The translations under genes were made by a program, and so were the position numbers. A DNA stretch of 64,000 bases from Actinomycetota bacterium (lineage in GTDB: Bacteria > Actinomycetota > Actinomycetes > Nanopelagicales > Nanopelagicaceae). Where the stretch lies: assembly GCA_009701185.1 (NCBI GenBank), contig WLKQ01000002.1:17979-81978 (forward strand). Reading direction: 5' to 3'. Positions within the stretch are counted from its first letter, which is position 1, and each line of letters begins with the position of its first letter. This document shows, one piece after another, positions 20,666 to 30,341 of this stretch. The notes beneath the pieces were generated by a model. The model searched no databases. It worked only from the letters and a program-made list of their open reading frames with translations, and was not told the origin of the DNA.

Positions 20666-22146
20666 AAGTACGAGCGTTCTTAAAGGCTGCGCACTTTGGC
20701 CCCACAATGCTGATTACTGCAATCTCATTCTTTCTTGCAACCCGCTTATGGTGGGAAGGCCCAGCATATGTAATCGCATTCACTGTTTTCTTAGGCCAAC
20801 TGTTAATTGGTTGGAGCAATGATATTTATGATTATGCAGATGATGTAAAGCATGATCGGCTAAATAAACCCTTAGTTGCCGGCAGTATTTCAGTACAAAA
20901 ACTTCGTACTGCCACATTTATTCTCTTGCCGATTGCAGTAATCGCTAATCTAATAGGGCCACTGGGAATAAAAGGCGGCTCTGTTTATTTACTTGGGGTT
21001 GGCTGCGGAATCGCCTATAACTTCTACTTCAAGTTCTCCCCACTTTCGCCTTTGCCGTATGCAGTGGCGTGTGCAGCGTTGCCCGCCTCAATTTTCTACG
21101 CTACTGATCGCACACCGACATTAGCGGTATTGGCAGTTGGCTCAATGCTAGGTGTGGCGTTTCATTTTCTTAATGTACTGAAAGATTTATCTCAAGACAG
21201 GGCGAGCCAGATCGGTGGCCTTCCACAGCGCCTGGGCAAAAACACTTCTTCAGTGATAGCTCTAGTTCTAGCTATTGCTTCGGTACTAGTTTTTACTACT
21301 GGCCAAGTAGGTCAGAGCCTAACTTCACAGGAAGGGATTGATCTTCTAACATCGTCTACTTTCACAGTCGGTGGAGATAGACCTACTTTCGTAACCGTGC
21401 CAACAGGCTACTCACATAGCAGCCCGGCACCATTAATCATTGATTTACATGGATACATGAGTAACAGCCTTGCCCACGAAAGATTCGCCATGATGGATTC
21501 GGCTGCACACAAGCGTGGCGTTATTTATGCCGCCGCCGATGGATTGAAAGATTCGCAGGGGTATCAATTCTGGAATGCATCTAAGGCCTGCTGTAATTTC
21601 AATAATAATCCAGTTGATGACGCAGCCTTTATTCAGTCTCTTATTGATGAGATCTCTAGCAAGTTCTCAGTCGATCCCAAGCGCATCTATGTCTTCGGCC
21701 ATTCAAATGGGCATTTCATGACTTATGCATTTGCCTGCACATATCCGCACACTGTTGCAGCTATCGCAGGATTAGCCGGAGCCATGGATGTTGATTCTGA
21801 GTCTTGTGGTACTACTTCGCCCGTGAACGTTTTGCACATTCATGGAACTAGTGATGAAGTGATTACTTACGAGGGTGGATCAATAGTGAATAATTTTTAT
21901 ACAAGCGCCAAGCAGAGCGCTCAGCGGTGGTCTGATATTGATAAGTGTTCTTTACCTGCAGTTACAGGTGAAGCATTTGATTTAGTGACATCTCTTGAAG
22001 GGGCCGAAACAGTTCCATTGATTTATTCCTGCCCTCAATCAACCGTAGAGTTATGGAGTATTAATGGGGGAGCACATGGCCCAGTCATGGATTCTAGCTT
22101 CGGCTTGAAGGTAATGGATTGGTTACTCGCACACCCTAAGAAGTAA
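20653..22146 (+). CDS. UbiA-family prenyltransferase fused to a PHB-depolymerase/LpqC-like serine esterase
   Basis: N-half: WSNDIYDYADD..R.NKPL, NVLKDLSQD. C-half: LHGY, WNA..CC, GHSNG, HIHGTSD, GAHGP. Exact start uncertain. Confidence 0.78.
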   Translation: MRLLKVRAFLKAAHFGPTMLITAISFFLATRLWWEGPAYVIAFTVFLGQLLIGWSNDIYDYADDVKHDRLNKPLVAGSISVQKLRTATFILLPIAVIANLIGPLGIKGGSVYLLGVGCGIAYNFYFKFSPLSPLPYAVACAALPASIFYATDRTPTLAVLAVGSMLGVAFHFLNVLKDLSQDRASQIGGLPQRLGKNTSSVIALVLAIASVLVFTTGQVGQSLTSQEGIDLLTSSTFTVGGDRPTFVTVPTGYSHSSPAPLIIDLHGYMSNSLAHERFAMMDSAAHKRGVIYAAADGLKDSQGYQFWNASKACCNFNNNPVDDAAFIQSLIDEISSKFSVDPKRIYVFGHSNGHFMTYAFACTYPHTVAAIAGLAGAMDVDSESCGTTSPVNVLHIHGTSDEVITYEGGSIVNNFYTSAKQSAQRWSDIDKCSLPAVTGEAFDLVTSLEGAETVPLIYSCPQSTVELWSINGGAHGPVMDSSFGLKVMDWLLAHPKK

Positions 22147-22945
22147 CGGTCAGTTGAATTTCAAATACATCACTGCCGTGCGTTACATGCAGAGTAGTAG
22201 TGCCAACCTTGAGTGCCTTTACCGCAGGATTGGTTGTGTATGTTCCTTGATCTCCACCAGGTATAAATACAGCGATATCCATATCTACTAAGGTCACACT
22301 CCACTTGTCTGGATCAGTAACGGTAAAGACCACTGAATTTCCAAGGCGTACTGATACTTCTGAAGTCATCGCCGGATCGATCATCACTGGGGGTAGAGCT
22401 TGTGGCATTTTGCCGCTGGCAGTAACAGTCTTAAGAGACTTTGCGACTGTCAACAACTGCGCATATGTAATCCCGCCAATGGCCTGCACCTGAATCTCAG
22501 TTCGCTTTAAATTCTTTGCAGCTTTATTGGTAAAGATTAAGTAGCCACCCAGGCGTCCAATATCTTCAGTTCCGCACCTTTTATAAGAAGCAGGTTTGCT
22601 CGGATCGCAGTAGACATATAACTTTGCCTTAACGCCATTTATTGGCAGTGTTTTCAGGTACTTCGACAAACCAGGGTCAGAGCATTTAACTCCCGCCATT
22701 GTCTGCATAATCTCTAAGTAACGTTTAGTACCGCCGTACTTAACATAAATCCACTGCTCGCTGCCCATGCCGCAAGTAATCAGTTGGAACTTACTGGCTG
22801 TTAGACCCAATGTATAACTTGGCTTATAGACCGTATAAGTAACTCCAGTTTGAGCATCAGAGAACTTATCGCCTGAGCCCATGGCAATTGCCGTTAACGG
22901 AGAAAGAAATATTGCACAGAGGGCTGCAGCAATGGCTTTTCTCAT
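22136..22945 (-). CDS. Secreted hypothetical protein
   Basis: Signal peptide MRKAIAAALCAIFLSPLTAIA; TATGAT-6nt-ATG leaderless start. Confidence 0.7.
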   Translation of the reverse strand: MRKAIAAALCAIFLSPLTAIAMGSGDKFSDAQTGVTYTVYKPSYTLGLTASKFQLITCGMGSEQWIYVKYGGTKRYLEIMQTMAGVKCSDPGLSKYLKTLPINGVKAKLYVYCDPSKPASYKRCGTEDIGRLGGYLIFTNKAAKNLKRTEIQVQAIGGITYAQLLTVAKSLKTVTASGKMPQALPPVMIDPAMTSEVSVRLGNSVVFTVTDPDKWSVTLVDMDIAVFIPGGDQGTYTTNPAVKALKVGTTTLHVTHGSDVFEIQLTVTS

Positions 22946-22991
22946 GCCCACATCATAACTGAGGCGCACAGATAGGTAGACTCCATGCATT

Positions 22992-24176
22992 ATGAGTGCA
23001 ATCAGGGCTGGAATTAAAAGAGTTATCACGCTCTTTACTGCGCGTCGAGCATGGGTCAGACAGATAGCTGTTGCTGGATTAGCCGGTGCTACAGCGTGGG
23101 CAGTGGGCGATCAATTAGTAGTCAATGGTGGCGTTGTTGCAGCCATTGTCTGCACCTTGAGTATTCGGATATCGCTGCATAAATCCCTTCGTGAAGGCTT
23201 TGGACAGATAGTTGGTACCGCGATTGGTGCATCGGTTGCCCTCACTGCAGTCTCTCTTTTTGATTTTGGATTTATATCGGTTGGCATCACGATTATTATG
23301 TGCGCAGTTGTAGGACGCGCACTTCATTTGGGTGAAGTCGCTTCCATCAATGTACAAGTAACGGCACTGATTGTCATCAGCCCTGGTCTATCAGAAAGCA
23401 CAGCGTTACATAGATTAGCTTCTACGCTGATTGGTGCAGCGATTGCAATTTTCTTCTCATATTTTTCTCACCACAAAACGCCAGTTGGTCGCTCACTTGA
23501 TCAGATTCAAAGAGTTAGCGTAAAGGCAGCGACTTTACTTGCAACAATGTCTGAAGGTGTTGCAATAGGGTATACGCAAAAAGAAGCTGGGAACTGGTTA
23601 GCTAAGGCACGACTTCTAAATGAGGAAATTCCAATTATCCGTGCGCAATCTGTTGAAGCCCGTGGACATGCGCGCTGGTTTCCAACGGCTCGAAAAGATG
23701 AGGCCGAAGAGATTTACATACAAGGCATTGCACTAGAACATACAGTTGTGGAAATTCGAACAATCGCACGAACCTTATTTGATTCAGCAGTTAGCGGAGG
23801 AATTGCAGATTCAACACAAAAAGCTATCGCCGTTGCTTTATCTGCAGCTAGTTATGCAATCTCATCTAAGTTTGAAGACGTTGGTCCAAGTTCGGATGAT
23901 TCGCATCAAAGCGCTACTACTGATGCGCGTGAGGCCAGTGCGGCATTAACTGAAACTTTAATGGGTGATGCTAAAGATGCCGATCAAACACAAATTGTGC
24001 GTGGGATATCGATGGCGGCAAATATCGAACTTATCGCTGATTCACTAGATCAGAATTCACCGGCTTTGCGTGAAGTAATGACACCTGATGAACCGGCTGA
24101 GGCTAAGGTCTTGCGTATCTCAGTTCCTGCGCCGATTCGGAAGCTGGGAAAAGCTATCTTCAGGCGTAACCGTTAG
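22992..24176 (+). CDS. FUSC/aromatic acid exporter family membrane protein
   Basis: N-terminal TM bundle (GTAIGA, RLASTLIGAAIA) followed by a helical cytoplasmic domain. Confidence 0.72.
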   Translation: MSAIRAGIKRVITLFTARRAWVRQIAVAGLAGATAWAVGDQLVVNGGVVAAIVCTLSIRISLHKSLREGFGQIVGTAIGASVALTAVSLFDFGFISVGITIIMCAVVGRALHLGEVASINVQVTALIVISPGLSESTALHRLASTLIGAAIAIFFSYFSHHKTPVGRSLDQIQRVSVKAATLLATMSEGVAIGYTQKEAGNWLAKARLLNEEIPIIRAQSVEARGHARWFPTARKDEAEEIYIQGIALEHTVVEIRTIARTLFDSAVSGGIADSTQKAIAVALSAASYAISSKFEDVGPSSDDSHQSATTDAREASAALTETLMGDAKDADQTQIVRGISMAANIELIADSLDQNSPALREVMTPDEPAEAKVLRISVPAPIRKLGKAIFRRNR

Positions 24177-24203
24177 ATGTGGAGGCACTGCAACCGACAG
24201 TGA

Positions 24204-25562
24204 TTAAATAGCGTCTAATAGTTCCAGGTCCGTATGAATAATGTGGGCAATTAAACCTCCAAAAAGTGAATTACACCAAGCAAACCAGGGCCTTGTGTAG
24301 TCCTCAATCTCATCTACATTAAATGATTCATGAAGTAATCCAGTGCCAGCACTTGAATCTATAAGAGTCCTTAGACAATCAAGTTTTTCATTCTTATCTG
24401 TTGCGGTAGCAGCTTGCATGATCAAGGCGATAGGCCAGAGCATATTCCTACTTGTATGTGATGAACCAACGCCCTTACCAAATTTGCCAGAGAAGAAATT
24501 TTCATTTGCTGAAGAGAGAATTAACTTTCGCGTTGCTTGATACTTCACATCAGAAACCTCAAGGGCTCCAAGAAAAGGTAGCGAAAGCAGGCTGGGAGCA
24601 TTTGCATCATCTAGCAAAAGTTTATTCCCCAGGCCATCTACTTCATAAGCAAAGACTTCACCTAATTCTGGATGCTCAACCGTTGAATGTTTCTCAAGCC
24701 CAGAAGCCAGGCTCTCAATTATTTGCTTGATCTCATTAACAGGCTCAAAAAACTCCAGCTCTTGAATTAATCCGAGTATCTTTTTCAAAATATGCAGAGC
24801 ATAGATATTTCCTGGAATATTGAATGGATATTTACAAGCATCATCTGATGGACGAAAACTTGAAGCGATTAATCCGGTAGGGGCATAGGCAGGGCCAATT
24901 CCCGAATTCGACAGAGTATCTGCGGGATTATCAGTTACGCGATCAAAATAATATGCTCCATGCCCGTGCATTCGGCGCTGAGTTAGAAGAGTTTTCACAG
25001 TGAGTGAGATTGAAAGCCTCCAAGTTCTATCAAATGGAGTCGTATCGGCGGTATGAGCCCAATAACTGAGTGCCAGATCCATCGGATATATCAAGGAGTC
25101 AAGCTCCCATTTACGTTCATGGACTCCTGGAAGCATGTGCGTCAAATCTTTGGCATGGACTCCAAATTTCTCGATCTCATAGAAAGCATTTGCATAAGGG
25201 TCCTTAAGAATGCACTCTGCATGACTTCTTATTAGGCCTCTAAATAGAGTAGTTAACTCGGGTGATTTACTTATCAAAGGTAAGTAATGCTGCACTTGTG
25301 CACTCGAGTCTCTTAACCACATAGCTTGAATATCCCCTGTAATAATATGGGTATATGGCGCACCGCTCCTTGTAAGAACATATGCAGTTGTGTCTAAAGT
25401 ATTAGAGAATGTATTTATATACAGCCTTCTAAGATCATCAGATATTATTAATGTTGACGTCTGATCAAGGTATTCATCTAGAGTTGGAGAATAAAAAGCG
25501 CGATTTCTTGGTAGCGGTCTTTCCCAATTATCAAACTTGGTATAGTGCTTAAAAACCTCCAT
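24204..25562 (-). CDS. Glycoside hydrolase family 125 (exo-alpha-1,6-mannosidase-like)
   Basis: ITGDIQAMWLRDS, DPYANAF, ERKWELDS, FRPSDDAC, DDANAPSLL, HESF, TRPWFAW. Confidence 0.92.
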   Translation of the reverse strand: MEVFKHYTKFDNWERPLPRNRAFYSPTLDEYLDQTSTLIISDDLRRLYINTFSNTLDTTAYVLTRSGAPYTHIITGDIQAMWLRDSSAQVQHYLPLISKSPELTTLFRGLIRSHAECILKDPYANAFYEIEKFGVHAKDLTHMLPGVHERKWELDSLIYPMDLALSYWAHTADTTPFDRTWRLSISLTVKTLLTQRRMHGHGAYYFDRVTDNPADTLSNSGIGPAYAPTGLIASSFRPSDDACKYPFNIPGNIYALHILKKILGLIQELEFFEPVNEIKQIIESLASGLEKHSTVEHPELGEVFAYEVDGLGNKLLLDDANAPSLLSLPFLGALEVSDVKYQATRKLILSSANENFFSGKFGKGVGSSHTSRNMLWPIALIMQAATATDKNEKLDCLRTLIDSSAGTGLLHESFNVDEIEDYTRPWFAWCNSLFGGLIAHIIHTDLELLDAI

Positions 25563-25564
25563 GA

Positions 25565-27199
25565 TTAAATCTCTTCGAACAATAGAATAAGAGAAGTATT
25601 TTCAGCTAATACATTAATAAAAATAAATATTCCTTGATGTGATTCACAAAGAACTTCACCATTTCTGGCATTTATGATCTTATAGTGAGCCAAAGAGCTA
25701 GGAGGAGTATATTCAATCGTATGTAAAAGATTCTTGTGATCAAGTTGATAAATAATAACTATGGGGTTAAAAGCATCGGCTTCAATGGCGAAAGCGATAC
25801 TTCTACACCCTTGTGAATAAAGTTCAGGTTGAGACGTAAGGTGTTTCACGAAGGCATTAGATTGAAATCTAGGTCTGAACTCTTCTTTATAGATCGAGAC
25901 ATATTCCTGCAAAATGATTTGCTTGCCTATTGAGAAATCTGGCAATCGCGCGCTTATTCCGAATCCACCAAGGAGTGCAATGGAGAGTGCAAACTCAAGA
26001 TCAGAATCTGAAGATTCGATTGCGTTAAAGCTTTGGTTGGGATGCTCTCCACGCCATTGGCTATCACACCAACCCAGGAGTTTTTCAACTGGAAAGAAGA
26101 GAGAGGATGCCCAAAAACATGACAGGGCGTGCTCTGGCCAATCAGTATCACTTGAAAATCCAAAATCTACGTGCTGGGCCATTGCTAAATCCCATCGAAG
26201 GCCACCCGAACTGCAGTTTTCAACTATGAGATCAGGATTTTTCAACTTTATAGAGTCCAATAATTGATAGAGAGCTAGGAGATGATTATTTAATCCCAGC
26301 AAGCTCGGGTGCCCATGGTCATTACGATTACAGCCGGGGCCTGGATCAATATTGAAATCCATCTTAATCCATGCAGCGTTGCACTCTTCGATAAGATTTT
26401 GGGATACGTTTTCTGCCCACGTTAAGGCTTTAGGATTTGCAAGGCATAGATATCCCAGATCACTTCCATCGTACTGCGCCATGAAATCTGGATGCTCGAT
26501 CAGAATCTCTGCTTTTTTCCCAATAGCTTCAATCTCCAGCCAGATTCCAAACTCCATGCCAAGATTTCTTATGTTCTGGGCAATATGGCTAAGTCCACTT
26601 GGAAAACGCTCCGTGTTTCTCTGGCCCCAATCTCCACGAACATCATGCCAGTGTGATTCGATTTGTGATGGACCAAACCAACCGGCATCTAGAAGTGCAA
26701 CTTCTATCCCAGCTTTTTTAGCAATTACAGCATTGGATACAAAGACCTCCTCATTGATCTCTATATCTTCATATGGCCACCAAGAGTTCCACTCAGTCAG
26801 TAGCTTTGGTTTACCAGATGAATTAATGCTACGAAATTTGCTAATGAAATCCTTCGTACACTTATCTATGCCCCCGGACTCGACAAATGAAGTGATAACT
26901 TGCAGGTCATTGCAATCGCTGTCAACGTGGATTTTCAAGGTTTTTGAGCCGCAGATTGTAGTTATTCGCCAATTACCCGACCATGCCACTGCAAGAAAGT
27001 AAGCACGTTCACCATCTTCTACAATAATAAATGGGTGATATCCCTTACTCGACCTTCCAGAAGTAACTGCTATCTCCACATTTGAAGTGGCGTTCACACA
27101 ATGAGGCTGCCATTCGCTACCCCAGTCAGAACTCCAGTAATGGATCCGCGTTAAAGATAGATTATTAAAATGGGAGAGTGAACTTTCAAATCCGTTCAC
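25565..27199 (-). CDS. Alpha-galactosidase, GH36-like
   Basis: GRSS, WSGNW, WNSW, LDAGWF, GDW..RFPSG, FGIWLEIE, IKMDFN, ENCSSGG.R. Confidence 0.88.
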   Translation of the reverse strand: MNGFESSLSHFNNLSLTRIHYWSSDWGSEWQPHCVNATSNVEIAVTSGRSSKGYHPFIIVEDGERAYFLAVAWSGNWRITTICGSKTLKIHVDSDCNDLQVITSFVESGGIDKCTKDFISKFRSINSSGKPKLLTEWNSWWPYEDIEINEEVFVSNAVIAKKAGIEVALLDAGWFGPSQIESHWHDVRGDWGQRNTERFPSGLSHIAQNIRNLGMEFGIWLEIEAIGKKAEILIEHPDFMAQYDGSDLGYLCLANPKALTWAENVSQNLIEECNAAWIKMDFNIDPGPGCNRNDHGHPSLLGLNNHLLALYQLLDSIKLKNPDLIVENCSSGGLRWDLAMAQHVDFGFSSDTDWPEHALSCFWASSLFFPVEKLLGWCDSQWRGEHPNQSFNAIESSDSDLEFALSIALLGGFGISARLPDFSIGKQIILQEYVSIYKEEFRPRFQSNAFVKHLTSQPELYSQGCRSIAFAIEADAFNPIVIIYQLDHKNLLHTIEYTPPSSLAHYKIINARNGEVLCESHQGIFIFINVLAENTSLILLFEEI

Positions 27200-28026
27200 G
27201 AATTACCTATTCCTGTAGAGACCCCACGGACGAGGTATTTGGAGCTCATGGCAAGGAGAATAAGCGTTGGTGCGGCAGTTATACAGAGCGCTGCGGCAAC
27301 CAGGGGTTGGTTTGTTGTGTAGCGCCCGCCAATACTGGCTAATGCTGGGGTCAGCAAGCGCTGGCTTTGATCAGGCAGAATTAGATAGGCATAGAGAAGT
27401 TCGTTCCACATACCCAGGAACTGAAGAACGGCAAGGGTGGTGATGCCCGCGGCTGCATTAGGGACGGCGATCTTGAAAAAAGATTTGAAGAATCCTGCAC
27501 CATCAATTCGTGCCGCATCCAATATCGTATCTGGCACGGCACTAAAGACAGACTTTAGGAAAAATACTCCAAAAGGAATATTCGTACCGATATAGACAAA
27601 CATTAATCCATGTAAATGACCCACTAATTCAAACTTAGAAAGTAAGAGATAAATAGGAATTATGAGAATCTGACTTGGAAGGAGCATTACCGCGATAAAG
27701 GACCAATTCATCGCCTTACTACCAGGGAAGTCATATTTCGCTAATGCAAAGCCGGCAAAGGAGGAGAAGATAATTGCGGTTAGTAAGCTGATTCCAACCA
27801 CCGTTACTGTATTACGAGCTGCAGTACCAAGTGAATAATTTTCTATCAAAATTCGAAAACTATCTAAGGTGAAAAATTTAGGAATCCCATAGGCATTCTT
27901 ATTATAATCTTCTAGTGTTCGCGCCGATGTCATAGCAACATAAAACAGGGGATACAAGGTAGTTATTGCCGCACTTAATAGAGCTAAGAAAATCAACAGG
28001 TTAGTTCGCAAGCTAAATTTACGCAT
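27196..28026 (-). CDS. Carbohydrate ABC transporter permease
   Basis: DAARIDGA loop; WNE motif. Confidence 0.9.
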   Translation of the reverse strand: MRKFSLRTNLLIFLALLSAAITTLYPLFYVAMTSARTLEDYNKNAYGIPKFFTLDSFRILIENYSLGTAARNTVTVVGISLLTAIIFSSFAGFALAKYDFPGSKAMNWSFIAVMLLPSQILIIPIYLLLSKFELVGHLHGLMFVYIGTNIPFGVFFLKSVFSAVPDTILDAARIDGAGFFKSFFKIAVPNAAAGITTLAVLQFLGMWNELLYAYLILPDQSQRLLTPALASIGGRYTTNQPLVAAALCITAAPTLILLAMSSKYLVRGVSTGIGNS

Positions 28027-28028
28027 CT

Positions 28029-28976
28029 CTACCTACCTGCGTCATTCTTGAGATGTTTGCTCTGCGCAATTGTCAAAAGTGCTATAACACCAAACATAAT
28101 GATTGCAAGGGCTGAACCTTCACCCATATCAAAGGCAGAGAACGCTTTTTGATACACAAGGTAATCTAAAGTTGTTGTCGAATACATCGGTCCGCCGGCA
28201 GTCATGACAAAGATAAAGCCGAATAAAGAGGTGAAGGTGTACAGGGTATTTATGATGGAGACAAAGGCAAGTTGTTGTTTCACGCTTGGAATGATGATGT
28301 AACGAAACTTTTGCCACCAACCAGCACCATCTACTTCTGCTGCGGCAAAGAGATCTGTATCTATACTCATGAGACCACTGAGCAGAATCATCATTGAATA
28401 ACCAAAGCCAGCCCAGATAAGCGCCAGAACTACCACGAAAATCGCCATATTTGCCCGCGCAAAGAAGTTGATGGGTTCAAAACCAAACTGTATTAAGGCG
28501 GTATTTATAGGGCCATTGAGCGTAAAGGCTGATCTAAACATGAGGCCGATAACAGATGTTGATAGAACTGAGGGTAAGAAAAAGATGATTCGAAAGAAAC
28601 GCCACCCCCAAATTTCTTGATAGAGGAGTACGGCCGTAAATAAGCCGAGAAAAATCACCATAGGAATAGCGATAAGAAACTTTAAATTAGTCACAAAGAC
28701 TTCATGAACTAATGGTTCTGTAAAGATATTGGCATAGTTTGAAAGACCAATAAATTTGGAAGTCACGCCATCGGTCTTTAAGAAGGATATCCAGACTGCA
28801 TAGCCGATTGGATAGAAAAGCAGGGAAGTGACAACGAGAAAGGCAGGCAGTGCTGCAAAGAGACCTATTCTCTGTTTTTGTTGGGTCAGAGTGGCGCCCC
28901 TAATGTGACCTTGAACTCTGCCTGCGAAGGTTGGCCCCTTGTCGGGGCCAACCTCCAACAGAGCAGGTAAGGTCAT
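28029..28976 (-). CDS. Carbohydrate ABC transporter permease
   Basis: AAEVDGA loop, FFLPSVLS, MTAGGP. Start uncertain because the 5' region forms a long hairpin. Confidence 0.88.
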   Translation of the reverse strand: MTLPALLEVGPDKGPTFAGRVQGHIRGATLTQQKQRIGLFAALPAFLVVTSLLFYPIGYAVWISFLKTDGVTSKFIGLSNYANIFTEPLVHEVFVTNLKFLIAIPMVIFLGLFTAVLLYQEIWGWRFFRIIFFLPSVLSTSVIGLMFRSAFTLNGPINTALIQFGFEPINFFARANMAIFVVVLALIWAGFGYSMMILLSGLMSIDTDLFAAAEVDGAGWWQKFRYIIIPSVKQQLAFVSIINTLYTFTSLFGFIFVMTAGGPMYSTTTLDYLVYQKAFSAFDMGEGSALAIIMFGVIALLTIAQSKHLKNDAGR

Positions 28977-28984
28977 TCTCTCTT

Positions 28985-30298
28985 TTACTTATTCTCAGTT
29001 AATGAAGCTTGCAACTGTTTGACGGCATCGGCAGGTGTTGTCTGACCGAGTGCCACAGAGGCGTTTAACTTGTAGAACAAGTCATTGGTTGGTCCAGGCA
29101 TAATGTTGTCAAAAGGATAAACCTGTGGATTTTTTGCAACATCTCTTGCTTGAGCTTTTAGTAAAGGGTTGACAATGACAGTTGCATCAGCGTTAACGTG
29201 ATTTGATGGTTCGGTCTGTGTGATCTTTACATATGTGTCGATGGTCTTAGCTTGCATCAAGTACTTAAGGAACTTAATGGCTTCGACCTTATTCTTGCTG
29301 TACTTAGTCACTGCTACTGCCACATTTGTTCCACCGGCAAGGATCTTTGGATATTTAGAGCCAGCTAACTGTGGAATTGCAAAAGTACCTGCATTTGAAC
29401 CCATTGCTTTAAAAATTGGGTCGTTGTCCCAGCCGCCATCAATGATCATCGCACCCTTGCCTGCAAGGAAACCATTGAGACGATCACCTTGTCCGGCAGT
29501 AGTTGCATCAGCGTTAGTGACACCTGTTGTGTAGAGTTTTTGGTAACCCTCGTAGGCTTTTACCATCGCCGCCGAATTGACCTTTGTCTTTCCGGTATAC
29601 ATATCGAAAAATGCATTTGGACCAAGTTGGCCGCCAACGAGTGATGCAATTACCCATGCACCGGTGTAACCCTCAAGATTTGTCTCCCAGATTGGTGTAT
29701 CGACACCAGAGGCCTTAAGAGTGTTAGCTAAATCTAGGAATGCTTCCCATGTCTTAGGTGGTGTACTCATATCTATATTGTGCGAAGCCATAATACGCTT
29801 GTCATAGAAGACATAGAAGTATGAACCTGCACCGTATGGCATAGCCAATAGTGGACCAGTTGGGTTGTAGCCTTCTCTAACAGTTCCCGTTCCTTTGATA
29901 AGAGCAAGCTCTGCTTTAGTAAAGTGCTTATCTAATGGCTCCAGGAATGCTGCGAAGGAAAGTGTATTTCCACCAGCAAAACCAATTTTGATATCTGGAC
30001 CATTCTTGGCAATTGATGCAGCTTTAAACTGTGTGTCAGAAACACCGCCATCAATCTCTGATATAGCAATTGTGACGTGGGGATTCAATTTCTCGTAGGC
30101 AACTTTTGCTTTATAGATAAATGATGTCTTTGTATCAAGGGCACCATTTGTTAAGTGACCCATTAAACCCGGATCCCATACTTTTAGCGTTACTTTCTTT
30201 GTTGCTGCATTTGCATGTGTTACAAGCCCACTAATCGCAAATACTAAGGCTACAGCAGTAATAATACTGAACGCCTTACCCATTCTGCCTTTTATCAT
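28985..30298 (-). CDS. Carbohydrate ABC substrate-binding protein
   Basis: Signal peptide (ANA/A), GPDI, FLAGKGAMIIDGGW. Confidence 0.88.
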   Translation of the reverse strand: MIKGRMGKAFSIITAVALVFAISGLVTHANAATKKVTLKVWDPGLMGHLTNGALDTKTSFIYKAKVAYEKLNPHVTIAISEIDGGVSDTQFKAASIAKNGPDIKIGFAGGNTLSFAAFLEPLDKHFTKAELALIKGTGTVREGYNPTGPLLAMPYGAGSYFYVFYDKRIMASHNIDMSTPPKTWEAFLDLANTLKASGVDTPIWETNLEGYTGAWVIASLVGGQLGPNAFFDMYTGKTKVNSAAMVKAYEGYQKLYTTGVTNADATTAGQGDRLNGFLAGKGAMIIDGGWDNDPIFKAMGSNAGTFAIPQLAGSKYPKILAGGTNVAVAVTKYSKNKVEAIKFLKYLMQAKTIDTYVKITQTEPSNHVNADATVIVNPLLKAQARDVAKNPQVYPFDNIMPGPTNDLFYKLNASVALGQTTPADAVKQLQASLTENK

Positions 30299-30341
30299 CG
30301 TCGACCTCTCCTATTAGATAGTATTACTTGGTTTAACTCAA

